A stretch of DNA of 64,000 nt from Candidatus Bathyarchaeia archaeon (GTDB lineage Archaea; Thermoproteota; CALKCG01; B24): positions 1-64,000 of the forward strand of contig JAVZJD010000002.1 of NCBI GenBank assembly GCA_038870975.1, given 5' to 3'. The first letter of the stretch is position 1; the number at the start of each line of letters is the position of its first letter. Shown here one piece after another: positions 20,311 to 30,978 of the stretch. The position numbers and the translations under genes were made by a program. The notes under the pieces are model-generated. The model searched no databases. It was not told the origin of the DNA and was given only the letters and a program-made list of their open reading frames with translations.

Positions 20311-20484
20311 TTTACCACACGGTATACATAGTCGTTAGGATAATTAAAACTTTTGAAATGAATTGCTGTAAATACTGGCAGATCTACGTGGGGTTTGAAG
20401 GTTGTTTGTGGAAAACATTCAAAGGAAGTGGATGCATGTGAAACGTTTATTAATTTCCCGTCTATTCTATAGTTACGATTATAC

Positions 20485-21090
20485 ATGTCTACGGAACTAC
20501 TCATACCTGGTGCTACAACAGTCGGCTTAGTGTTTAAAGATGGGGTTATACTGGCTTCTGAAAAACGCTATACTTATGGGCGTTACGTTTTAAGTAAAGC
20601 CGTTAAGAAGGTCTTCAAAGTGTCCGATAGAATCGGCGTAGCATGCGCTGGATTGGTTTCAGATATGCAGTCTGTAGTTCAGCTCATAGCGGCTAATATG
20701 AAGCTTTACGAGTTGGATACTGGAAGGCCATGTACGGTTAGAGCGCTTGCTAAGCTTACGTCTCAAATCTTATTCTACAGGAGGCTTTTCCCACTTTTAA
20801 CGCAGACTTTAGTCGGCGGCGTGGATGAGGAAGGGGCAAGCCTATACATTCTAGACCCATTAGGGTCTGTGATAAAAGACGAATATGCCGTTGTCGGGTC
20901 TGGAGCTGAAATATCTCTAGGTGTTTTAGAGGCGGAGTATAGGCCGAATATGTTGCTTGAAGACTCTAGAAACTTGGTTATTAAGGGTATGCGTGCAGCT
21001 ATGGCTAGAGATGCCACGAGTGGAGATGGTATAGACGTGCTTATAATAACTGGTGAAAGGACTTGGGAAGAGTCTATACCCGTGAAATAA
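20485..21090 (+). CDS. psmB: Proteasome beta subunit (Thr1 position is Ala)
   Basis: PGATTVGL, AGLVSD, GSGA, RDATSGDG. Confidence 0.93.
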   Translation: MSTELLIPGATTVGLVFKDGVILASEKRYTYGRYVLSKAVKKVFKVSDRIGVACAGLVSDMQSVVQLIAANMKLYELDTGRPCTVRALAKLTSQILFYRRLFPLLTQTLVGGVDEEGASLYILDPLGSVIKDEYAVVGSGAEISLGVLEAEYRPNMLLEDSRNLVIKGMRAAMARDATSGDGIDVLIITGERTWEESIPVK

Positions 21091-21124
21091 CTTTTTATCC
21101 TTTTTAATCGTATCCTAATCTAGC

Positions 21125-21727
21125 ATGGTTATACTGGGTTTAGACTTAGCTGGTGTTGAAAGTAGACCTACAGGTTTCTGCATACTTCGGGATGACTTGG
21201 CTGTCGAAACGGGGCTTGCTTATACGGATGAGGAAATCATGAGGATTATTCTGAGGCATAAGCCTTCCGTGACGGCTATAGACGCGCCACTGTTCCTTCC
21301 AAAAGGAAGGTCTTCGATTGAAGATCGTAGCGGTCCCCACCTGAGGAAGTGTGATAGGATTCTCCTGAATAGTGGTATAAGGTTTTTCCCGATAACCTTG
21401 GGACCTATGAGAAAGCTTACGTCTAGGGGCATGTCTCTAAAGGAGAAGATTAACGCTGTCGGCTTGGAAGTTATCGAGGTGTATCCCGGTGGGGCTCAAG
21501 ACATCTTAGGAATACCTAGGGGTAAATCCAGTCTGGAGGGGTTAAAAAGCGGTCTTAAAAGACTCGGTTTAAAGGGGTTGAGAGAAGATTCATCTATGCA
21601 TGAGCTTGACGCGGCTACCGCGGCTTACGTTGGGTATCTCTATTTCATAGGTGAGTATTTAGCTCTTGGAGACTCTTCAGAGGGGTATATGATTATGCCT
21701 AAATCTGGAAAATTCAGACTCTACTGA
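21125..21727 (+). CDS. DUF429-like RNase H-fold protein
   Basis: GLDLAG, IDAPL, EVYP, HELDA. Confidence 0.75.
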   Translation: MVILGLDLAGVESRPTGFCILRDDLAVETGLAYTDEEIMRIILRHKPSVTAIDAPLFLPKGRSSIEDRSGPHLRKCDRILLNSGIRFFPITLGPMRKLTSRGMSLKEKINAVGLEVIEVYPGGAQDILGIPRGKSSLEGLKSGLKRLGLKGLREDSSMHELDAATAAYVGYLYFIGEYLALGDSSEGYMIMPKSGKFRLY

Positions 21728-21771
21728 AGGGAATAGTTAAGTTACTCTAATTCCTAAGTCTACTAGAATCC

Positions 21772-22644
21772 ATGTCTGCCACAGTTCCTTCGAAGAGAAA
21801 GTTTAAGCTTTCCGTAGCCTTACCTGCGTCACTCCTCAGCGAAGCCGGCAGTCTTAGAGATAAGACTATTCGAGCTGGTTTTATAGGTAGAGCTTTAGCG
21901 GTATTCAGAGTTGATGAAGTTGTAATTTACAGAGACTTGTACGGTTTGAAAAATCAAGAGAGGGAAGCGTCTCTTATATCTTCTCTACTCTCGTATATGG
22001 AGACTCCCCAGTATTTACGGGTTAAGGTTTTCCCCATAGAGAAGAGCCTACAGTATGCTGGTATACTTCCACCGTTGAGGACGCCGCACCATCCGACTGT
22101 TGCAAAGGCGGAGGAAGTTTTAGATGGAGAGTTTAGAGAGGGGATAGTAGTATCCCATGATGGCTCTTCAAGCCTCGTAGATGTGGGTTTGGATAAACTG
22201 GTTAGAATCCCAGTTAGAGTTAAGACTGGTTTGAGGGTTACGGTTAAAGTGTTCAAGAAGGCTGACGGACTCATCGGCGAATTAGCGTCTAGAAAAAACA
22301 TTCCAATCTACTGGGGTTACAGAGTTTTAAACATCAACCGTCCCATCGGAGGAGTCTTAGAAATCTACAAAGACGCGTTTAAAATCGCCACCTCGAAATA
22401 TGGAGTACCTATAGTCGAAGTATACGAAGAGTTGAAGACGCGTCTCACTGGAAACGCGAACACCTTAGTCTTATTCGGGTCGCCTAGAGAAGGATTAGCT
22501 GAGATTATGCTTAGAGAGGGTTTAAATCTTAAGGATTACGTGGATTTGACTGTAAACTTCATCCCTCATCAAGGCTCTGTAACAGTGAGAACTGAAGAGG
22601 CCCTTTATGCAGTATTAGCTATATTGAACCTTCTAGCACCTTAG
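21772..22644 (+). CDS. SPOUT RNA methyltransferase (MTH1/SPOUT1-like)
   Basis: YMETPQYLR, GILPPL.TPHH, YWGY, TVRTEEA. Confidence 0.9.
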   Translation: MSATVPSKRKFKLSVALPASLLSEAGSLRDKTIRAGFIGRALAVFRVDEVVIYRDLYGLKNQEREASLISSLLSYMETPQYLRVKVFPIEKSLQYAGILPPLRTPHHPTVAKAEEVLDGEFREGIVVSHDGSSSLVDVGLDKLVRIPVRVKTGLRVTVKVFKKADGLIGELASRKNIPIYWGYRVLNINRPIGGVLEIYKDAFKIATSKYGVPIVEVYEELKTRLTGNANTLVLFGSPREGLAEIMLREGLNLKDYVDLTVNFIPHQGSVTVRTEEALYAVLAILNLLAP

Positions 22645-23873
22645 AAGGGTTTTAATTCGTCGATGTTTTCTCTCACTTTTTCAAAAGCTGCAACGATATC
22701 ATCCATATCTTCCCTTGAACCCAGTAGAACGTACTGGGGAAGCCACATGCCTTCACTGTAGCAGGCTTTCTCGGATTTAGGTAGGTGTACTTTCGCATAA
22801 TCTACATTCTTCCCGTAGAATGGGCATGAGAGGGGGCATTTCACGTAGTAGTTTAAGTAGGGCTCTCTATACAGTGGTCTGCTGTAGCCTGGGCTTAAAG
22901 GTATGCCTTCGGCTCTTAAGACCTCGGCGAACCTCGCTTTAGGTATACCGTTGAAGGCCTCTGGGTTGTATCTGAAAATGTACAGATGGTAGGCGTTTCT
23001 CGTGACTCTCTCGTCCCTCCTCATGGTTTTTAAACCGTCGATTTTAGAAAGTTTACTGTCCAAGTAGGAGGCATTCTCCATCCTCCGCTTTAAGTGCTCA
23101 TCGTATCTTGAGAGTTGTACGAGTAGTATGGCTGCTTGAAACTCCGTCATCCTGTAGTTTCCTCCTGGCAGATGGTGTTCATACCATTCTCCAGTGGGTA
23201 GTCTGCCGCAATTGTGTAGACTCCAGGCTTTAACGTAGAGGTCTCTATCGTTTGTAACTATAATTCCCCCTTCGCCGCTAGTTATGTTCTTACTCGATTG
23301 GAAGCTGAAGGCTCCTAAGTCACCTATAGAGCCAACTCTTTTACCTCGCCACTCCGACCCCCACGCTTGACATGCGTCTTCAATTATCCTGAGGTCGTAT
23401 TTTCTAGCTATGCGGGTTAACTCGTCCATATTGGCTGGCCTCCCACCTATGTGGACTGGTATTATGGCTTTAGTACGCTCGGAAATATGTTCTTCAACGC
23501 TGTTCGGGTCTAAAGTGTAAGTGTCGGGCTCAATATCTGCAAAGACTGGTATTGCATTGACGTCTAATACAGCTGTGGCGGTCGCCATGAAGGTGTAAGG
23601 TGGCACTATGACTTCATCTCCGAATCCGATTCCACAGGCTTTAAGAGAGATTTCTAGTGCAGCTGTTCCGTTTGTAACCGCTACGCCGTACTTAGCATGT
23701 TGGTACTCTGCGAAAGCTTTTTCAAACTTAGGCTTCTTCGTCCCTCCTATACCCCAGGCTCCGCTTTCAAGGACTTCTTTCAAGGCGTTGTATTCTCTCT
23801 CATCGAATACTGGCCATTTTGGGAAAGGTTTTCTTCTGACTGGTTCTCCACCGTTGATGGCGAGTTTACCCAT
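22641..23873 (-). CDS. DegT/DnrJ/EryC1/StrS aminotransferase
   Basis: NGTAAL, TFMAT, EDACQA, SFQSSKNITSGEGG. Confidence 0.93.
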   Translation of the reverse strand: MGKLAINGGEPVRRKPFPKWPVFDEREYNALKEVLESGAWGIGGTKKPKFEKAFAEYQHAKYGVAVTNGTAALEISLKACGIGFGDEVIVPPYTFMATATAVLDVNAIPVFADIEPDTYTLDPNSVEEHISERTKAIIPVHIGGRPANMDELTRIARKYDLRIIEDACQAWGSEWRGKRVGSIGDLGAFSFQSSKNITSGEGGIIVTNDRDLYVKAWSLHNCGRLPTGEWYEHHLPGGNYRMTEFQAAILLVQLSRYDEHLKRRMENASYLDSKLSKIDGLKTMRRDERVTRNAYHLYIFRYNPEAFNGIPKARFAEVLRAEGIPLSPGYSRPLYREPYLNYYVKCPLSCPFYGKNVDYAKVHLPKSEKACYSEGMWLPQYVLLGSREDMDDIVAAFEKVRENIDELKPF

Positions 23874-23980
23874 AGGAACACCTAGATATACTTTCTTTGA
23901 AGAAGTATTTAACTGTCTATCGTTTTGTAGAGTAGAGTAATGGTTAATAGGCTGGGCTACACTCCAGTAGATTTGAGGAT

Positions 23981-24736
23981 ATGATATTAGAAGTTAAGGA
24001 TTTAAACGTTGAAGTTTCCGGTAGGCTCGTTTTGAAGGATATAAGCTTATCTATAGGTTTTGGTGAAGCGGTGTTCCTTCTTGGACCGAACGGCTCGGGT
24101 AAAACCTCTCTCATTCAGTCTATTCTGGGAAACCCTGCCTATAGGGTCTTAAAAGGTAGTATCGTATCGCAGGGTTTTGAGATTACAGCGCTTAAACCGG
24201 AGGAGAGGGCTAAAATAGGCATAGCCGCTTCATTTCAACTACCCCCTAAGATAAGGGGTCTTAAAGCAGGTAGACTTCTTGAGGAGGTTTCCAAGAGGTT
24301 TGACGTTGACAAGGGTTACGTTGATGGTCTTGTTTCAGCTCTCAAGCTCGGAGAGTTTATGGATAGGGAGCTCTACGTGGGCTTCAGCGGAGGCGAAGTG
24401 AAAAGGTTTGAGGTACTTCTAGCGCTTCTGCAGAAGCCTAAGCTCCTCCTCTTAGACGAGCCGGACTCTGGAGTAGACGTGGAGAATTTAGCGGTGATAG
24501 GTAAGACTTTAGACAGCTATCTCCATGAGGATGATGACCTTTTAAGCACTAGAAGGTCTATACTCATAGTGACTCACACTGGGGCTTTAGCCAAATACAT
24601 CAATCCGTCGCGGGCATACATCATGTTAAACGGTGAAATCGTCTGCTATGGTAAGGGTGAAGACGTTATCAAGAGGGTTTTTAGAGATGGATTTGAGAAA
24701 TGTAAATCCTGCTATGAGAAGTTTAGAGGAGGATAG
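23981..24736 (+). CDS. sufC: Fe-S assembly ABC ATPase (SufC/SmsC-like)
   Basis: GPNGSGKT, FSGGE, LDEPDSG, C-terminal CKSC. Confidence 0.88.
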   Translation: MILEVKDLNVEVSGRLVLKDISLSIGFGEAVFLLGPNGSGKTSLIQSILGNPAYRVLKGSIVSQGFEITALKPEERAKIGIAASFQLPPKIRGLKAGRLLEEVSKRFDVDKGYVDGLVSALKLGEFMDRELYVGFSGGEVKRFEVLLALLQKPKLLLLDEPDSGVDVENLAVIGKTLDSYLHEDDDLLSTRRSILIVTHTGALAKYINPSRAYIMLNGEIVCYGKGEDVIKRVFRDGFEKCKSCYEKFRGG

Positions 24737-24744
24737 GTTGTCTA

Positions 24745-25959
24745 ATGTTGTCTGAAGCTTTGAAGAAGAAGGCTGAAATGGCTTTAACTAAGAAGCCAGT
24801 CTACGGCTTAGACTTAGACGTATCCGAATTCGAGCCGAAACACGTAGATTTAAACGTTGAAAGCCTCGACTCGTTGGATGAGGAGCTCAGTAGTAGTATG
24901 GAGTCTGTTGGCTTAAGCTTAAGCGAGAAGAGTACTCTAGGAGGCTATATTCAGGTCGATCAGACGTCTGTCTACAGTCTAAGCCGTAAGAGCGGTTTAA
25001 CTATTCTAAACCTTAGAGAAGCGCTTAAACAATTCGACTTTTTAAGAGAATTCTACTGGAGGCTTATCCCAGTAGACTTGGATAAGTTTACGGCTTTAGC
25101 CGCTCTATACGAAGAAAGCGGATACGTCATAGTTGCAGAGAAGGGGTTTAAATCTGAGAATCCAATTCAAGCATGTCTACTCGTTAAAAGCCCTAGAAGC
25201 CTTCAAACCCCACACAATATAGTGATCGCTGGGGAGGGTGTGAATCTACACGTGATAACTGGTTGTACTACCGCTCCTGAGAGCTTTGGCCTACATGTTG
25301 GAATCTCAGAGTTCTACGTCGGGAGGAATGCGACTGTTACGTTTACGATGATACACAGCTGGAGTAGGGCTTCACACGTCAGACCTAGAACGGCGGTTCT
25401 AGTGGAGGATGGCGGTCGATTTATAAGCAATTATGTAATCCTCAAACCGGCGTCTTCAATACAGACTTACCCCTCCATAAGGCTGGTCGGTGGGAATACT
25501 TCAGCGGTGTCTACGTCTGTAGTGCTTGGGTCTGGAAGTGCGAATATAGACGTAGGCTCCAGCGTGAGCTTGGAGTCTAAAGGCTCAAACTGTAGGATAA
25601 TCTCTAGAGTAGTTGGCGGAGGCTCTTCTGAAACCGTGACTAGGAGTAGAATATCGGCTTTAGTGGACGGTGTTAAAGGGCATACAGAGTGTAATGGTAT
25701 AATTGTTTCAGACGGTGCTTCAATAGTGGCTATTCCAGAGCTGGAGGCTAAGGCTGAAAACGTTGAGCTTACACATGAAGCTGCAATAGGTAAAATATCG
25801 GAGGAGGAGATATTCTACCTGCAGACTAGAGGTTTCACGAGGGAGGAAGCTGTCTCTCTAATCGTCGGAGGCTTCTTAGAGTCTGGGTTATCAGATTTGC
25901 CGACTAGCGTAGAGAAATACCTGAGAAGTGCTATTCAATCGGCTCTAACGGGCTTATAA
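24745..25959 (+). CDS. sufB: Fe-S assembly scaffold (SufB/SmsB-like)
   Basis: HVITGCT, GHTEC, LTHEAAIGKI, YLQTRG. Confidence 0.88.
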   Translation: MLSEALKKKAEMALTKKPVYGLDLDVSEFEPKHVDLNVESLDSLDEELSSSMESVGLSLSEKSTLGGYIQVDQTSVYSLSRKSGLTILNLREALKQFDFLREFYWRLIPVDLDKFTALAALYEESGYVIVAEKGFKSENPIQACLLVKSPRSLQTPHNIVIAGEGVNLHVITGCTTAPESFGLHVGISEFYVGRNATVTFTMIHSWSRASHVRPRTAVLVEDGGRFISNYVILKPASSIQTYPSIRLVGGNTSAVSTSVVLGSGSANIDVGSSVSLESKGSNCRIISRVVGGGSSETVTRSRISALVDGVKGHTECNGIIVSDGASIVAIPELEAKAENVELTHEAAIGKISEEEIFYLQTRGFTREEAVSLIVGGFLESGLSDLPTSVEKYLRSAIQSALTGL

Positions 25960-25973
25960 TTTAACGGCTCGTT

Positions 25974-27629
25974 TCAACTTTTAACCTGACTTTTAGACCT
26001 TTTAACAGTCACATACTCCGCTAGGAAGCCTTTGAGCTTTTTCTCAGGTCTCTTCCACTCACGTTTCCGCTCTTCAAGTGTATCTCGGTCGACGTTTAAA
26101 TTTAGCATTCTCCTAGGTATGTCTATTTCGATTTCATCTCCATTTTCCACTAGAGCTATAGGTCCACCCTCGTAAGCCTCTGGAGATACGTGTCCTACGC
26201 ATGGTCCTCTAGTGGCTCCTGAGAACCGTCCGTCTGTTACAAGGGCGATTTCATCTGATAAACCCATACCGTATATCAACGCAGTCGGTATGAGCATTTC
26301 CTGCATACCCGGACCGCCCATCATACCTTCATACCTTATCACTATGACTGAGCCCTTCTCTATTCTTCCGGCTTCTATGGCTTTTAAAGCTTCATCCTGC
26401 CCGTTGAATACTACGGCTGGCCCTATGAATACTTTGGCTCTTTCAGAGACCGCTGAGGCTTTAACAACGGAGCCTTGCGGAGCTAATGAACCTTTAAGTA
26501 TTGCTATGCCGCCCTCGCTTTTCAACGGTTTGTCTATGGGCTTTATGACGTTGTAGTCTAAAATTTTTGCATCGGCTATGTTTTCCCCGACCGTTTTAAA
26601 CGTGACGGTTAAAGCGTCTAAGTGTAGTAGTGTCTTCAACTCGCTCATGAGTGCTGGGACGCCTCCGGCTCTGTGGAAGTCTTCCATGTCCATTTCTCCG
26701 CCTGAACCTATTAGATTGGCTAAGTGGGGGACTCTACGGCTTATCTCATCGAATAGGTCTATGGAGATTTCTACACCGAGTTCTTCAGCTATAGCTGGAA
26801 GGTGGAGTACTGTGTTTGTAGACCCTCCTAAAGCCATGTCCACTATGATGGCGTTTTCAAAGGCTTCTCGCGTCATTATCGCTGATGGTGTTAAATTCCT
26901 ATTGACTAGTTTAACGATCTGTTCACCGGCTTTCCTAGCGAGTGAAATCCTACTCGAATAGTAGGCTGGGATTGTGGCTGTATACGGTAGGGCTATGCCT
27001 AATGCTTCGGATAGGCAAGCCATTGTGTTGGCCGTGAAAAGTCCATTGCAGGAGCCACAGGTTGGACATGCTATTCTCTCAAGCTCTGTAAGCTCTTCTA
27101 TGCTTAAACGTCTCCCCAGTACTTCGCCGACGGCTTCAACGACTGTAAGTATTCCAGTCTTCCTGTTTCTCCATCTTCCAGAGCCCATCGGTCCCCCGGT
27201 TATAAGTATGCTCGGTATGTTTAGTCTAGCGGCTGCCATAAGCATTCCAGGGGTTATTTTATCGCAGTTTGTTAGAAGTACAAGCCCGTCTAGTCTGTGT
27301 GCTTCAGCCATGGCTTCGATGCTGTTGGCTATGAGTTCTCTAGATGGGAGGGAGTATTTCATGCCTATGTGGCCCATGGCTAATCCATCGCATATGGCTA
27401 TTGTGTTGAATTCAAACGGTACACCTCCCCCCCTCCAAACACCTTCTTTTACGGCTTCCACCATCCGTTTGAGGTGCATATGTCCTGGGACGATGTCTGT
27501 GTAGCTGTTTGCAATGCCTATGAATGGTCTATTTAAATCACCTGGATCTACTCCTAGAGCGTATAGCAGTCCCCTATGGTGAGCCCTGTTTAAACCACTT
27601 TTTATCTCACTGCTTCTCGACGTGTTCAA
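25974..27629 (-). CDS. ilvD: Dihydroxy-acid dehydratase
   Basis: PGHMHL, CDGL, CDKITPG, GGSTN, GGPGMQEM, TDGRFSG. Confidence 0.97.
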   Translation of the reverse strand: MNTSRSSEIKSGLNRAHHRGLLYALGVDPGDLNRPFIGIANSYTDIVPGHMHLKRMVEAVKEGVWRGGGVPFEFNTIAICDGLAMGHIGMKYSLPSRELIANSIEAMAEAHRLDGLVLLTNCDKITPGMLMAAARLNIPSILITGGPMGSGRWRNRKTGILTVVEAVGEVLGRRLSIEELTELERIACPTCGSCNGLFTANTMACLSEALGIALPYTATIPAYYSSRISLARKAGEQIVKLVNRNLTPSAIMTREAFENAIIVDMALGGSTNTVLHLPAIAEELGVEISIDLFDEISRRVPHLANLIGSGGEMDMEDFHRAGGVPALMSELKTLLHLDALTVTFKTVGENIADAKILDYNVIKPIDKPLKSEGGIAILKGSLAPQGSVVKASAVSERAKVFIGPAVVFNGQDEALKAIEAGRIEKGSVIVIRYEGMMGGPGMQEMLIPTALIYGMGLSDEIALVTDGRFSGATRGPCVGHVSPEAYEGGPIALVENGDEIEIDIPRRMLNLNVDRDTLEERKREWKRPEKKLKGFLAEYVTVKRSKSQVKS

Positions 27630-27750
27630 TCTGAGTCACGCAATAGTTCAATCTGTGGAAGAAGCTATAAGCTTTAGTACAGTAAAAGTTCGTGTTGTAA
27701 AAGCTTAAATAGTGGATGTGTGTCTAAAATAGGCTTGTGTTCCATTAGGG

Positions 27751-29301
27751 GTGTTGCGATGGGGTGGTACTTTATCATCGAACTGTAGCGGCTTCCCCTC
27801 GAAAATACTTCTTCTAGATACAACTTTAAGAGATGGTGAACAGACCCCAGGTGTATCACTCACCCCTGAGAAAAAACTGAGGATAGCGGTTAAACTTGAT
27901 GAGATCGGCGTAGACTTTATAGAGGCTGGTTTTGCAGCGGCTTCTCGGGGGGAGTTTGAAGCTGTAAAGCTTGTATCGTCTCAAGGTTTGAAAGCTAAAG
28001 TCTACAGTTTCAGTAGAGGCGTTAAATCCGATATAGATTCTGCTGCAGATGCTGGAGCTGATGGTGTAACTTTAACGTTGCCCACTTCAGACCTACATAT
28101 AACCTACAAGCTTAAGAAGGATAGAGACTATATTTTGAGGAGTACTGAGGAGTCTGTAACGCATGCTAAGAGTAGGGGGTTGACCGTAGAATTCCTCGCA
28201 GAGGATGGTAGTAGAAGCGACTTGGAGTTTCTGGAGAAAGTCTTTAATAGAGCTGTGGAGTGTGGAGCAGATAGAGTATGTCTTTGCGACACTGTTGGGG
28301 TTTTAACGGTTGAGAAGACTTATGAAGTAGTTCGTAGGCTTTCGGCGAATTTGAAAGTCCCATTGGCGATTCACTGTCACAACGACTTCGGATTGGCTGT
28401 TTCAAATTCTATCGCTGCTCTTAAAAGTGGTGCTCAAGAGGCTCATGTTACAGTCAACGGGCTTGGAGAGAGGGCTGGTAATGCTGCTTTGGAGGAGCTT
28501 GTTGTAGCTTTAAACGTTTTATACGGCTGTAAGTTGAACATCCGCATGGAGCTTATACATGAAACGTCTAGGCTTGTTTCAAGGTTGACGGGTATTTTCC
28601 TCCAGCCTAATAAGGCGATAGTTGGTGATAATGCGTTTACTCATGAGTCTGGAATACATACGCACGGCGTTTTATCGCACCCAGCAACTTATGAGCCTAT
28701 TTCGCCTGAGCTTGTAGGAGCATCTAGACGTATAACTGTGGGTAAACACGCTGGCTCACATGGTATTGAAGCCATGCTCAGAAGTATGGGTTTAACTGTG
28801 ACGAAAGAGCAGCTTTCAGAAATCCTGAAGAGGATTAAAACTCTAGGCGATAAGGGTAAGCAGGTTACAGACACAGACCTTCAAGCTATAGCTGAAGCCG
28901 TCCTAGGATTGCCAAAGGTCAGACCTATACAGTTGAAAGAGCTTACTGTCGTAACTGGTAATAGGATTACTCCGACGGCTTCTGTTAAGCTGTCTTTAAA
29001 CGGTAAGACGATAGTTGAGTCTGCAACTGGAGTAGGCCCGGTTGACGCCGCTATTAACGCCATTAGGAAGGCTGTTTCAGCGGTGGAGCCTATTCAGCTT
29101 GAAGAATACCATGTGAAAGCTATAACTGGTGGAACCGATGCCGTCGTCGAAGTCTTGGTGAGGCTTAGGAAGGGTGCGAGGGTTGTTACGGCTATGGGTG
29201 CTAGAGGGGATATCGTTATGGCGAGTGTGGAAGCCGTCTTAAACGGGATGAATACTCTCCTAGTCGACTATGAGAAGATTAGGGGGGAGGGTAAAAGTTG
29301 A
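27751..29301 (+). CDS. 2-isopropylmalate/citramalate synthase (LeuA/CimA family)
   Basis: DTTLRDGEQ, HCHND, GERAGN, HESGIH, regulatory GPVDA domain. Confidence 0.93.
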   Translation: MLRWGGTLSSNCSGFPSKILLLDTTLRDGEQTPGVSLTPEKKLRIAVKLDEIGVDFIEAGFAAASRGEFEAVKLVSSQGLKAKVYSFSRGVKSDIDSAADAGADGVTLTLPTSDLHITYKLKKDRDYILRSTEESVTHAKSRGLTVEFLAEDGSRSDLEFLEKVFNRAVECGADRVCLCDTVGVLTVEKTYEVVRRLSANLKVPLAIHCHNDFGLAVSNSIAALKSGAQEAHVTVNGLGERAGNAALEELVVALNVLYGCKLNIRMELIHETSRLVSRLTGIFLQPNKAIVGDNAFTHESGIHTHGVLSHPATYEPISPELVGASRRITVGKHAGSHGIEAMLRSMGLTVTKEQLSEILKRIKTLGDKGKQVTDTDLQAIAEAVLGLPKVRPIQLKELTVVTGNRITPTASVKLSLNGKTIVESATGVGPVDAAINAIRKAVSAVEPIQLEEYHVKAITGGTDAVVEVLVRLRKGARVVTAMGARGDIVMASVEAVLNGMNTLLVDYEKIRGEGKS

Positions 29302-30971
29302 GGATGAGTGGGAGTCAAGCGTTAATAGAGGCTCTGAAAAGAGAAGGGGTTAAAGTAATCTTTGGAATACCTGGAGGGGCTATAATGCCTGTCTACGACG
29401 TTCTCTACGATGAGAAGGATATAAGACACATTCTCATGCGGCATGAACAGTGCGCTGCACACGCAGCCGATGGGTATGCTAGGGCTTTACGTGGACCTGG
29501 TGTTTGTATGGCTACTTCTGGACCTGGGGCTACGAATCTTGTGACTGGTATTGCTAATGCTTATATGGATTCTAGCCCTGTTGTGGCGATAACTGGTCAG
29601 GTTGCTACGCACTTGATCGGTAAAGACGCTTTCCAAGAGACCGACATAATCGGTATAACTACTCCCATAACCAAGTACAATTATCAGGTTAGGCGGGTTG
29701 AGGATATACCTAGGATAGTTAAAGAGGCGTTCTACATTGCGTCGACGGGTAGGCCTGGGCCTGTGGTTATAGATGTGCCTAGGGATATGCAGACTGGTAT
29801 AGCTGATGTGGATTTCAACGTTAAGGTGAGTATAAGGGGCTATAAGCCTAATGTTGAACCCCACCCTCTACAGGTTAAAAGGGCTGTCGACATACTGGTT
29901 GGTAGTGAGCGTCCAGTAATACTTGCTGGTGGAGGAGTGCATTGGTCTAAGGCTTACGGGGAGCTTCTGACCTTAGCTGAGCTGTTAATGGCGCCTGTAG
30001 CTACTACCTTCATGGGTAAAGGCGTTATACCTGAAAACCACCCTCTGGCTTTAGGCTGTGTTGGGATGCATGGTAGGGTTGAAGCCAATAAGGCTATTAT
30101 GGCTTCTGACGCTATTCTAGCGGTAGGTGTTAGATTTTCAGATAGAACTACTGGTAAGGTTGATGAATTCTGTCACGATGCTAAGATAATACACATAGAC
30201 ATAGACCCCTCCGAGATTAGGAAGAACGTCCCAGTTCACCTACCTATCGTTGCAGACGCTAAATACGCTCTTAAAGCTATCATAGATGAGTTGATCCGTA
30301 GAGGCTTCAAGAGGGAGAAGTCTGATTGGATTAGACGTATTGAAATGCTTAAGAAGGAGTGTGAAGACTCAGAGCCAGGTGGAGATCTTACGGCTGTGAA
30401 TGCTATTAAGCTTCTACGTAAAGTTCTGCCTGAGAAGGCCATTGTGACCACGGAGGTTGGGCAGAATCAAATGTGGGCTTCGTTACACTTCAGGGTTTTA
30501 AAGCCTGGGACGTTCATATCTTCAGGCGGATTGGGGACTATGGGCTTCGGCTTCCCTGCGGCGCTTGGAGCTAAAGTCGCAGTGCCTGATGTACCCGTCG
30601 TAGATATCGCTGGAGACGGTAGTTTTCTGATGACTGAGCAGGACTTAGCTACTAGTGTTGTTGAAGATATACCAGTTACGGTTATGGTTCTCAACAATTC
30701 GAGTCTAGGTATGGTTGCTCAGTGGCAGAGGTTCTTCTTTGGAAGAAGATACTCTCATACGGATTTGAAGGGTGTGCCAGATTTCGCTAGACTTGCTGAG
30801 GCTTTTGGGGCTAGAGGTGTGAGAGTTGGTTCTCTGAATGAGCTTGAGCAGGTTTTACGTGAGGCTGTGAAATCGGATGTAACTGTTGTTATAGATGTTC
30901 CAATACCTAAGGAGGAGGATGTTCTACCGATTGTTCCACCGGGTAGGAGTTTAAAGGATATGATATGTTAG
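29298..30971 (+). CDS. ilvB: Acetolactate synthase large subunit
   Basis: RHEQ, TSGPGATN, FQE, GDGSF ThDP motif. Confidence 0.96.
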   Translation: MRMSGSQALIEALKREGVKVIFGIPGGAIMPVYDVLYDEKDIRHILMRHEQCAAHAADGYARALRGPGVCMATSGPGATNLVTGIANAYMDSSPVVAITGQVATHLIGKDAFQETDIIGITTPITKYNYQVRRVEDIPRIVKEAFYIASTGRPGPVVIDVPRDMQTGIADVDFNVKVSIRGYKPNVEPHPLQVKRAVDILVGSERPVILAGGGVHWSKAYGELLTLAELLMAPVATTFMGKGVIPENHPLALGCVGMHGRVEANKAIMASDAILAVGVRFSDRTTGKVDEFCHDAKIIHIDIDPSEIRKNVPVHLPIVADAKYALKAIIDELIRRGFKREKSDWIRRIEMLKKECEDSEPGGDLTAVNAIKLLRKVLPEKAIVTTEVGQNQMWASLHFRVLKPGTFISSGGLGTMGFGFPAALGAKVAVPDVPVVDIAGDGSFLMTEQDLATSVVEDIPVTVMVLNNSSLGMVAQWQRFFFGRRYSHTDLKGVPDFARLAEAFGARGVRVGSLNELEQVLREAVKSDVTVVIDVPIPKEEDVLPIVPPGRSLKDMIC

Positions 30972-30978
30972 GAGGCGG

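Noticed and set aside
27751-29301. Assigning leuA versus cimA
   Set aside because: The paralogues cannot be separated reliably by eye.
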